DNA from: an uncultured Acidobacteriota bacterium
GTDB lineage: Bacteria > Acidobacteriota > Blastocatellia > RBC074
Direction: 5' to 3'
DNA length: 64,000 nt
Assembly: GCA_963796275.1 (NCBI GenBank)
Contig: CAWCKY010000004.1
Coordinates: forward strand, 1-64,000
In this document: positions 21,704 to 31,300 of the stretch, piece after piece
How the letters are laid out: each line of letters opens with the position of its first letter
Position numbering within the stretch: the first letter of the stretch is position 1
Position numbers and translations under genes: made by a program
Notes under the pieces: generated by a model
The model's database searches: none
What the model was told of the DNA's origin: nothing
Seen by the model: only the letters and a program-made list of their open reading frames with translations

Positions 21704-24448
21704 TTAAGAGGCGTCAAGTGCCGCGATAACCTGTGCCAGGTCGTCCGCGTCAAACTGTGCAAGTTGAGCCGTTACGATACATTCAGTAAGCATAGCGAGA
21801 TTTGGAAACTTGAAGACATCCGCCAAAGGGATATCAACAGCCATTTCTTGTTTGATTCGACCAACAAGAAGGGTGGCGAGCAGGGAGTGGCCGCCGAGTT
21901 CGAAGAAGTTGTCATGTCGCCCCACCCGCTCAACCTTGAGCAAGTCAGCCCAGATACGGGCCAGCCAGGTATCTACTTCGCCTACTGGCGGCTCATAGCC
22001 GTGCCTGACATAGGCTTCATCTGTAGGTGCGGGTAGCGCCCGGCGATCAATCTTACCGTTCGGCATCAGCGGCAAGGATTCGAGGTGGACATAGGCTGCA
22101 GGTATCATGTACTTGGGCAGCACCGAGGAAAGATGGGCGCGCAGCGCTTCAGCCGCGATCTCCTCACCTGTATAGAAGGCTACCATCCGTTTGCCCGCTT
22201 CGCCATCCTCGCGTACCAACACCACGGCCTCGCTCACTCCAGGATGCTCCGCCAATCTCGCCTCGACTTCACCCAATTCGATCCGGAAGCCGTGGATCTT
22301 CACCTGACGATCGCTGCGTCCGAGGAACTCCAGGTTGCCGCTCGGTAGGTGGCGCGCCAGATCACCGGTGTTATATAGCCGCAAGCCGGGTTTCACGCTA
22401 AATGGATTCGGAATCCATTTCTCCGCCGTCAGATCAGGACGCTGTAGATAGCCGCGCGCCAGACCGTCACCGCTGATATACAATTGGCCGACCACTCCCG
22501 CCGGCACCGGCTGCATGCAAGGATCAAGCAGGTAAATCTCGGTGTTGGCGATGGGACGACCAATAGTGGCAGGCCCAGTGGCGCTTCGTAATGCAAACGT
22601 GGAGTAAGTGGTGTCTTCCGAAGGACCGTAAAGATCGAAGACACGCCTGATGGTTTCTTGGCTATAGATATCCTCGACCATACGCGTTCGCAACAGTTCG
22701 CCCGCCAAGTTGACGGTTCGCACCGATGCTGGAATGCCGCCCATTCTTACGAGTTCTGCCATCGCCGAGGGAACCGTATTGACCAGTGTCACCTCATTGG
22801 CTGCGGGCAAACCAGGCAGCTGCAAAGCATTCTCCGCCAAGATCACTTTGCCGCCCCAGCTCAATGTCACAAACAACTCGAAGACTGAGAGGTCGAAACA
22901 GATGGAGGTCGAGGCTAGGACCCCCCTCAGGTCTTCTGCGGTGAAGACCTCCTTGGCCCAATGGATTAGCGCACTCACGTTTCGATGCTCGATCGCGACA
23001 CCTTTAGGTCTGCCCGTAGAGCCTGATGTGTATATCACATAGGCCAAGTTGCTAGCCTTCACGCTGCTTACAGGATTCTTCTTTTCCTCGACAGCAATAG
23101 CTTCCCAATCCACATCCAGACACACGACCCGAGCTCCATGCTCAGGGAGTCCAGCAATCAACCGCTCTTGCGTAAGCAATACAGGCGCCCGCGCATCTTC
23201 CAGAATGAGCCCCAAGCGCTCTCTCGGATATGCAGGATCGAGCGGCACGTAAGCTCCTCCCGCCTTGAGTACGGCCAGCAGCGCCACCACCATCTTCACG
23301 CCCCGCTCCAGGCAGATTGCTACTCGCGCCTCTGGCTCTACGCCCAATCCATGCAGATGATGCGCCAGTCGATTGGCTCGGACGTTCAACTCCAGATAAG
23401 TCAACTGCTCATCGCCGAATATAACGGCGATCGCTTCAGGGGATCGTTCTACTTGTGCCTCAAAAATTTGGTGAATAGACCGCTGCCGAGGGTAATCAAC
23501 GCGCGTATTATTCCATTCGATCAAGAGCTGGTTTTGTTCCATGGGCGATAAGAAAGATTGCGCCTGATGCCGGCAATACGGTTCTGAAGCAATCGATCTG
23601 AGCACTCTGTCATAGTAGCCATATATCCGCTTGACCTGTTCAATACACAAGATCTCGATGTCGAAGGTCAGCATCAGTATCAACTCGTGAGGGAACGATG
23701 CCGGGAATGGCCCTTTGTGAAAAATGGTCATGAGGGTGAAATTGGTTTCCCCCCAATCGATATTCCCATCATCAAGTATCTCTGCTTTGCCAGAACCAAT
23801 CGCTCTCTCGACTTCGTGGAAGTGTAAGTAAGTGAATAGCGTTTCAAAAATAGGCTCCTGCCCCCAGGCTTTTTGCAGCGCGGCCATTGGATATCGACGT
23901 AACGGAAGTAGCTCTTGCTCGGCCTCGAAGGTTTTCTGCACCAATTGCATCCAAGTAACATCCGACAGATTGAGCCTGAAGGGCAAAGTGTTGAGGAAGA
24001 GCCCTCGCACGTCGGCACCATCCACTACCTCGGGCCGACCATTGAACAAGAGCCCAGTAATAATGTCTGCTTGACCGCCGAGAATGCTCATTACTTTGAG
24101 GTGAGCCGCCAAGAGTATGCTCTTGATCGGCACATTGGCAGCACGCGCGAAACGCTTAAGCCCTTCGATAACATCATTCCGGATAGGAAAGTCCAGCTTT
24201 TTCTGCCTTGCGCCTTTGCCACTTCGCACCGGCCATTTGTAAAGTTGGCTGACTGCGAGAAGCTCGTCATCCTCTCTCTCTATGAATTCTTGATTGCTGA
24301 GAGAGGCGGGCCATCGCGGCAACTTTAGCGGGACGCAATCTTGGAGCTTTTTATCCCAGAATCGCCGAAATTCCTGGGACTCAAGCACCTGGCGTTCCAT
24401 AGCAACATAATCACGGAAACTCATCATGGGAGGAGTTTGATCAGGCAC
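21704..24448 (-). CDS. NRPS: C-terminal half of C domain, A(Ala), T
   Basis: Same frame as upstream gene beyond a TAA; code read as DLFNNALTYK; GGHSL. Confidence 0.85.
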   Translation of the reverse strand: MPDQTPPMMSFRDYVAMERQVLESQEFRRFWDKKLQDCVPLKLPRWPASLSNQEFIEREDDELLAVSQLYKWPVRSGKGARQKKLDFPIRNDVIEGLKRFARAANVPIKSILLAAHLKVMSILGGQADIITGLLFNGRPEVVDGADVRGLFLNTLPFRLNLSDVTWMQLVQKTFEAEQELLPLRRYPMAALQKAWGQEPIFETLFTYLHFHEVERAIGSGKAEILDDGNIDWGETNFTLMTIFHKGPFPASFPHELILMLTFDIEILCIEQVKRIYGYYDRVLRSIASEPYCRHQAQSFLSPMEQNQLLIEWNNTRVDYPRQRSIHQIFEAQVERSPEAIAVIFGDEQLTYLELNVRANRLAHHLHGLGVEPEARVAICLERGVKMVVALLAVLKAGGAYVPLDPAYPRERLGLILEDARAPVLLTQERLIAGLPEHGARVVCLDVDWEAIAVEEKKNPVSSVKASNLAYVIYTSGSTGRPKGVAIEHRNVSALIHWAKEVFTAEDLRGVLASTSICFDLSVFELFVTLSWGGKVILAENALQLPGLPAANEVTLVNTVPSAMAELVRMGGIPASVRTVNLAGELLRTRMVEDIYSQETIRRVFDLYGPSEDTTYSTFALRSATGPATIGRPIANTEIYLLDPCMQPVPAGVVGQLYISGDGLARGYLQRPDLTAEKWIPNPFSVKPGLRLYNTGDLARHLPSGNLEFLGRSDRQVKIHGFRIELGEVEARLAEHPGVSEAVVLVREDGEAGKRMVAFYTGEEIAAEALRAHLSSVLPKYMIPAAYVHLESLPLMPNGKIDRRALPAPTDEAYVRHGYEPPVGEVDTWLARIWADLLKVERVGRHDNFFELGGHSLLATLLVGRIKQEMAVDIPLADVFKFPNLAMLTECIVTAQLAQFDADDLAQVIAALDAS

Positions 24449-24451
24449 GGG

Positions 24452-27400
24452 TTAATGATGTAGCAAGGCGGCCATTCGATTGAGAATCTCGGCAAACATT
24501 GAGCTCGTACTCCACCCATCAGAAATAGCGTGCAACTCCGTCAACGAAAACTGATACGTGTTTTCTGAACGTAGATGCACGTATATTCGCATCAATGGAG
24601 GGCGTGATAACTCAAAAAACCTTTGCTTTTCAGTCTCGACAAAGATATCCAGCGCCTCTTCCTGTTCTTTGTAAGAGAGATGGCGCAGGTCTTTTAAGAC
24701 GATTGGCAAAGAAACTGTTTTATGCACTAACTGTAGCGGTTCGCTGTAGCCGGTGAGATCGAACGAAGTGCGTAACACTGCGTGACGCGCCACAATCTGC
24801 CTCATTGCCTCCTGCATCTCCCGCTCACCGAACTCCCCTCGTATGTGGTAGCTATTGATGTTGTGATAAGCTAAAGAATAGGGAGTTAATTCCAAGTGGT
24901 AGAGCATGCCTGCTTGCAGCATCGTGAGTGGGTATGCGTCCTCGATATCTGCCGGGAGACGCTCCCGATCTACCTGATTGATGAGCCCGAATGGCTCTGT
25001 TCGAATATCAGGTGATCCATGTGATTCGGATAAGGATGACTTTTTGGATAGGTTGGCAATGGTTTGGTGTTCGAATATGTCTTCAACCGTAAAATTGAAT
25101 CCTTTTTCATTTGCCAGCGCCACCACTTTTACACTTCGGATGGAATCACCACCGAGGGCGAAGAAGTTGTCGTAAATTCCAATTTGCTCAAGGCCTAGAA
25201 CCTCAGCCCAGATTGCCGCCAGGACCTCTTCTTCTGAGCTGCGAGGCGCAACATAAGCCTCCTCCGAATCGGGACGCAATTTGCCAGTTTCCGGCAGGGC
25301 GCTACGATCAATCTTGCCATTAGCCGTCAGCGGCATCTCTTCCAGCACCACGATTCTCTCGGGAATCATAAACTCCGGCAGTCTCTCTTCCAGATAAGCT
25401 CTCAATTCTCGACTCTTTACTCGAGCTTCCTCTCCCCTTCTCCTCTCCTCCGACACATATGCCACGATCCGCCTCTCTCCCTTCTCTTCCTGAAACACTA
25501 CTGCCACTTCTCCCACTCCCTCGTGCCGGTTTAGCGTTTCCTCAATCTCTCCCAACTCGATCCGATACCCTTTCAGTTTCACTTGCTGATCTCTACGGCC
25601 CAGATATTCTATTTCTCCGTTCCAGCGGTAGCGCGCCAGGTCGCCCGTTCGATAGAATCGCCCTCCTCCTTCCTCAATATGTGGATTCGGTATGAACTTC
25701 TCTGCCGTCTGATCCGCTCTCCCGACATACCCTCGACACACACCTTCTCCCCCTATGTACAATTCTCCGCTCTCCCCTACTCCGACCGGCTCCTGCTTCT
25801 CGTCTAAGATATAGAGTTTCGTATTAGAGATCGGACGGCCGATCGGCACTGCGCCTTCGATCTCATCCCCAGCTTTCACTTCATACACACAGCAACCAAC
25901 CACCGTTTCGGTAGGGCCATATTCATTGATCAATCGCGTCTCCGGCGCATAGCTTTGCCACTTCCTCAACCGCTCCCCATGGAGAGCCTCTCCGCCGATC
26001 ACCAGCGCGTTGGTCCGTCCACCGAACTCTTCGATTGGTATCCACTGATTCAATACTTCCAGATGCGATGGCGTCAGTTTTACCAAACTCAGAGAATTGA
26101 CTCGCCTCAATGCTGCACTCAGCCCACTTATTCCCTCACTCTCTTTCACCAAAATCAGTCGACCTCCCATCAGTAGCGGCGGATACAGCGCTGTCACCGT
26201 TAGATCAAAGCCCAGCGGCGAATGCAGCAAACTCCCTTCTCCTGCTTCAACTCGATATTCCCGGAGGCTCCAGGCCAGATAATTGCGCAAGCCTCTTTGC
26301 GTGATCATTGTCCCCTTCGGCTGCCCCGTTGATCCCGACGTGTAGATCACGTACGCCAGATTCTCCGCCTCTAACCTTACTCCCAGATTATCCGCTCCAT
26401 GTCTCTCGATTAAACTTCTCTCTCGATCGAGACAGATCACCTCCGCCTCACTTTCGGGTAAGGCTCTCAGCAAATTCTCTTCTGTCAGCACTATCCTCGC
26501 CCCGGCATCTTTGAGCATATAGCTCAACCGCTGCTTCGGATAATTCGCATCTAACGGCACATAAGCCCCCCCTGCTTTCAGCACTCCCAGGAGCGAGATC
26601 ACCATTTCAAATGATCGCTCGAGCAGGATTCCTACCGCCACATCTGGTCCTACCCCTCGTTCCTTCAAGAGCCACGCCAGACGATTGGCTCGCTCATTCA
26701 ACTCGCGATAACTAATCCGTTCGTGAGCAAATTCGATTGCCACACTCTCCGGCGTGCGCTCGACCTGTGATTCGAGCCATTCTGTAATCGATTGCGGCGC
26801 TTCCCACCTGACTTCAGTCTGATTCCACTTATGAAGTTGCTGCTCCCGCTCCCTGGCGCTGACCATAGACAACTCATCTAACCGCCGCTCCGGCCGTGCC
26901 GCAGTGCTCGCGACGATGGTCAAATACTGTTCCGCCAGACGCTCGATCGCTCCTCGTTCATACATTGTCGCGTCATAGCTGAACTCCGCTCGCAATTCCT
27001 TCCCGCGCTTTTCGCACTTCAGCTTCAACTGATAACGATCCACACATGCTGCTTGCCTCATCATCGAAAACGAAACGTTGCCGATACGCAGCGGTTCCGC
27101 ATACTCGGCAAATTCGAAGCCCACCGGGAAGAAATTCACCTTTGCGGTATTCCCGTCATTCTCCGACCATGAAAAACTTTCTTGCCATTTGTAACAGTCG
27201 CGCAAAGATTGACTGACCTGAGTCAGGATTTCATTAAATGTGTTGGTCTTATCAAACTGGCAAGAGACAGGCAGCGTTCTAGTAAATAATCCGAGCGCGC
27301 CTTGTAATTTATCAGGTATTCTCCCATCACATTCGTAACCAATCGTGATCTCGCGCCGCTCTGTGAGCTTCCAGAGCACCGTTTGCCAACAAGCGAGCAG

Positions 27401-28162
27401 GAACTCTTTCTTCAAAATTCCGCATTTCTGCTCAATCGAGTTCAACGCCGCAGTCAGCTCAGAGCCGATGACCAGGCTATGAGACAATAATGTGTTCTCT
27501 GGGTTCTTCTTACCTTCGGCTCTAAAAGGCAGCTTTAATACAGAGCTACTCGACAATTCTCTCTTATTCCAGAATTCTCTACCCGGGATCACGCTTTCCT
27601 GCTGTAACAATTCGTTTTGCCATTCTGCGAGTTGGACATAACTGACCACCTCGCAATCCGTTTCCTGACCTTTAATACAAAGGTCATAGCAATAACCAAT
27701 TTCACGCATTAGATTGTTGAGCGTCTGAGCGTCAGCACACAAAGTCGGAATTGTAAGAAGCAGGAGGTGAGTATTAGAAGGTAGCTTGACCAGACAGACT
27801 TGCAAAAGCGAAGGGCCTTCGAACTTAAAGCTAAGGTTTTTCTCTTCCTCAATTAGCCGCTCGATCTTGGTTTCTCGCTCGCGCGGCTTTACCCCAGTCA
27901 GGTCAAATTCTTTGATGGATGCCTCCGCGGATTCTGCAACTACTTGAAGCGGGGCTTCCATCCCCGGTAAGTCATGAAAGCTTGTGCGCAGAATCTCATG
28001 CCGCTGCACGACTTTCTGTAATGCCGCATCTAAAACAAGCTTATCCAGCTTACCTCTTATCAACACCGCGCATTGTGCGCAATAAGTGGAGTTATACTGC
28101 CGTAACATCCACAACCTCGCTTGGAGACTGGAAAGTCGAAAGCCTTCGATATAATCGTGCAT
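24452..28162 (-). CDS. NRPS: pseudo-C (interface-like), A(Asn), T, N-terminal half of C
   Basis: First C has PTLCADA for HHxxxDG; code read as DLTKVGEVGK; T GGDSI; second C LHAISDG. Confidence 0.9.
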   Translation of the reverse strand: MHDYIEGFRLSSLQARLWMLRQYNSTYCAQCAVLIRGKLDKLVLDAALQKVVQRHEILRTSFHDLPGMEAPLQVVAESAEASIKEFDLTGVKPRERETKIERLIEEEKNLSFKFEGPSLLQVCLVKLPSNTHLLLLTIPTLCADAQTLNNLMREIGYCYDLCIKGQETDCEVVSYVQLAEWQNELLQQESVIPGREFWNKRELSSSSVLKLPFRAEGKKNPENTLLSHSLVIGSELTAALNSIEQKCGILKKEFLLACWQTVLWKLTERREITIGYECDGRIPDKLQGALGLFTRTLPVSCQFDKTNTFNEILTQVSQSLRDCYKWQESFSWSENDGNTAKVNFFPVGFEFAEYAEPLRIGNVSFSMMRQAACVDRYQLKLKCEKRGKELRAEFSYDATMYERGAIERLAEQYLTIVASTAARPERRLDELSMVSAREREQQLHKWNQTEVRWEAPQSITEWLESQVERTPESVAIEFAHERISYRELNERANRLAWLLKERGVGPDVAVGILLERSFEMVISLLGVLKAGGAYVPLDANYPKQRLSYMLKDAGARIVLTEENLLRALPESEAEVICLDRERSLIERHGADNLGVRLEAENLAYVIYTSGSTGQPKGTMITQRGLRNYLAWSLREYRVEAGEGSLLHSPLGFDLTVTALYPPLLMGGRLILVKESEGISGLSAALRRVNSLSLVKLTPSHLEVLNQWIPIEEFGGRTNALVIGGEALHGERLRKWQSYAPETRLINEYGPTETVVGCCVYEVKAGDEIEGAVPIGRPISNTKLYILDEKQEPVGVGESGELYIGGEGVCRGYVGRADQTAEKFIPNPHIEEGGGRFYRTGDLARYRWNGEIEYLGRRDQQVKLKGYRIELGEIEETLNRHEGVGEVAVVFQEEKGERRIVAYVSEERRRGEEARVKSRELRAYLEERLPEFMIPERIVVLEEMPLTANGKIDRSALPETGKLRPDSEEAYVAPRSSEEEVLAAIWAEVLGLEQIGIYDNFFALGGDSIRSVKVVALANEKGFNFTVEDIFEHQTIANLSKKSSLSESHGSPDIRTEPFGLINQVDRERLPADIEDAYPLTMLQAGMLYHLELTPYSLAYHNINSYHIRGEFGEREMQEAMRQIVARHAVLRTSFDLTGYSEPLQLVHKTVSLPIVLKDLRHLSYKEQEEALDIFVETEKQRFFELSRPPLMRIYVHLRSENTYQFSLTELHAISDGWSTSSMFAEILNRMAALLHH

Positions 28163-28379
28163 TTATACCTCCATGACGTAGCACCGCTTTTGATTCTTTG
28201 ATTTCAGCAGAAGTATTGTCGTGATGAATCAGTACTGCCTAGTTCCTTCCGACAAGCTGGCAGACAATGAAATGAGAATTGCAAAGAAGCATCGTTTGCA
28301 GCAATGTTATAATTGCATCTATTTGTAGCCTGGAGCGCACGTGGCTCGAGTACTCTCCAAGATGGGATAATGAGGCGTA

Positions 28380-31300
28380 TCAAATATCGGAATAGGATGA
28401 CATTTCACCCATTGCGACTAACAGTTTCCGTTCTCCTGTAAATGGAGTGCGACCATGCGCCGACAGCATGTTGTCAAGCATGAGCACATCCCACCTCTGC
28501 CATGGGAAACTCACTTCTAATTTCTGGTATATTTCCAGAATTTCTTCCATCACAGAATCTTCGATAACAGAGCCATCGCCGTAATAGCAGTTTCGCGGTA
28601 GGTTTTCCTCTCTGAACAGCGTCCTGAGAGATCCGCGCGTGATTCGGTCCAGGCAGTAAGGATGCCAGAGCTGTGCTTGATTAAACCACACCATCTCTCC
28701 AGTGTGCGGATGTCTACCGACAGCGGGGCGAACGGATCGAGTCACCAATCGATCACCATCTTTCCATTCGAAGTCGATTCTGTCCGCTCGACATCGTCTC
28801 TCGACTTCGGTCTTCGAAGACGTCTGGAAAATCTTTTGCCAGTCCAGCTCGAAGTTATCTCCATAATTTCTGACATACATAACCCCTTTTCGAATAAACT
28901 TTTCCCTAATCGTCAGAGAAATGGACTCGAACACCTTACGGCTATCAACGATTGGCGTTTCCCCCCCTTCATCTGCCGGTTTGGAACAACAGAACCAAAT
29001 TTTCCTTGGCCATTGGTGATTGAATGAGTTTTCGTTATGCCATAGCAATCGCAGATAAGTCGGATAATACACAGGCGTGTAGACGTTGCCGCTAATCGTT
29101 TCGCGCGAATGTTCACCATTTTCGCTGAATAATTCCGGGCAGATCGTTTTGGCGAATCGTTCGAAATCACCCGCCAATGGCAGGCTGAATCCTCGGAAAA
29201 GCAACGCTCCGTGCTTGCCAAGCTCACGCTCAATCAATTCGCGATTGTTCCTGCCCAATTCAATCAAGTCCACGTCTTTAAACCTCGGCTCGATGACTAA
29301 CGGAGCCGAGAAGTCCGGCCGCAACAGGCTGGTCCGCACGATCTTCTCTGCGGACAATTGACCCAATTCAGGTTTAGCGGTTTGGAATCGTTTGAGATTG
29401 TTATCCGCGCGTAAGCTCGCCTCTTCTCTCAATCGCTCTTGTTCGAAGACAACCATCGTTCGTTCGATCTCAGCCATTGAGGCGTGCGGCTGTTCAATAA
29501 CGAACTGCAGGATTCTTTCAAAGAGCTCGCTCAGTCGCATGACGAATGCGGCGTCGAACAAATCCGTGTTGTATTCGATTAATCCTTCGAGCCCGCCTCC
29601 CTTCTCCCAAAACAACAGAGTCAGATCGAATCTCGAAACGTCATTCTTGATGGGAAAACTCGTCAGCGAGAGATTGGTGAGTTCCAGTGGCGGCATCGGG
29701 GCGTTCTGCAAAACCAGTTTCACCTGAAAGATGGGTGAGTATTTCAAGCTTCGCTCCGGCTTCAATACTTCCACCAGTTTATCGAATGGTAAGTCCTGAT
29801 GCGCATATGCATCCAGCGCGACCTCTCGAACACGACGGAGGATTTCCCGAAATGTCGGCTCACCGGAGAGGTCCGTTCGCAAAGCCAGTTGGTTGACAAA
29901 AAAGCCGACCAGGTTTCCAGTTTCAACCCGGTTCCGGTTGGCGATGTCGGTTCCTACCACCAGGTCTTCCTGTCCGCTATAGTGATAGAGCAGGACATTA
30001 AAGGCAGCCAGCAAGGTCATGAAGAGAGTAGCGTTCTCATCGCGACCTAGCTTCTTCATCGCATCGGTCAAGTCTTTTGATATCGCCATCGAGTGTACGG
30101 CTCCGCGAAAGCGCTGCTTTTCCGGGCGCGTCCGATCCGAAGACAATTCCAGCACGGGGGCGGCGCCTTTCAGTTGCCGCTTCCAGTACTCCACCAGGCG
30201 TTCAAGCATTTCGCCTTGCAATTGGGTCCGCTGCCATACGGCGTAATCGCCATATTGAATGGGGAGGTCCGGCAACGGCGCCGGTCGCCCTTCACAGAAG
30301 GCATCGTAAAGCGCTGCCAGCTCTTGCGCGAACACGCCCAACGACCATCCATCAGAGATGATGTGGTGGATGGTTATCAACAGCATATGTTCATCGAGTT
30401 TCAGTCGGAATAATTTGATTCGAAGTAACGGCCCCAAAGACAGGCTGAATGGCTGGCCGGCATCCGCAGCCGCCCGCTGTTGGATATTCTCTTCGATCTC
30501 TATTTCAGACAAGTCGCTCAAGTCTTCCACAGACAGCATCCAAGGTCCGAATCCATCTATCACCTGTACGGGGTCTCCACGCTTGCTGACCAACCTCGTG
30601 CGTAAGCTTTCATGCCGCTTGATGATTTCGCCTAGAGACCGCTCTAGAGCTACGATATCAAGAGCGCCTTTGAGCCGTATCCCGCCGGAAATATTGTTAG
30701 ACGCACTGCCGGGCGATAATTGATCTAAAAACCACAGTCGCTGTTGTGCGAACGAAAGCGGCAGATCTCTATCCCGTGGCACGGCAACGATCGGCGGGGT
30801 GCCCAGAGCGAGGCCGGCCCGGATATCCTCATCAATACTGCTCGCCAACATCGACACCGTGGGGTGCTCGAATAAACGGCGTAATGGCACTTCAATTCGG
30901 AAGGTATTGTGGATCCGCGCAATTACAGTTGTCGCCATCAACGAATGCCCGCCCAGATCGAAGAAATTATCGTGTATCCCCACGCAATTGATACCGAGCA
31001 CTGCCTGCCAGATTCCACATAACAACTCTTCCGTCGGCGTGCGCGGCGTCATCCGCACTTCGTTGGTGACAACCCGATCTGTTCCGATCTCCACTAGGGC
31101 GTTGAGGTCGACTTTGCCGTTCGGCAATAACGGCAGCGAGTCGAGCACGATGATCGCCGAGGGAACCATATGCTCCGGCAGTCTCCGCCGTAACTTCGCT
31201 CGCAGTTCGTTCTCGCTCGGCGCCTCCGTTCCCCCATACACGACATACCCCACCAATCGCGCTCCTTCTTCCCCGCCCTCCCGCACCAACGCCGCACTCT

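Noticed and set aside
28228-28242. Second ops-like site (GGCAGTAC, minus strand) in NRPS intergenic gap
   Set aside because: Only 7 bases match; expected by chance
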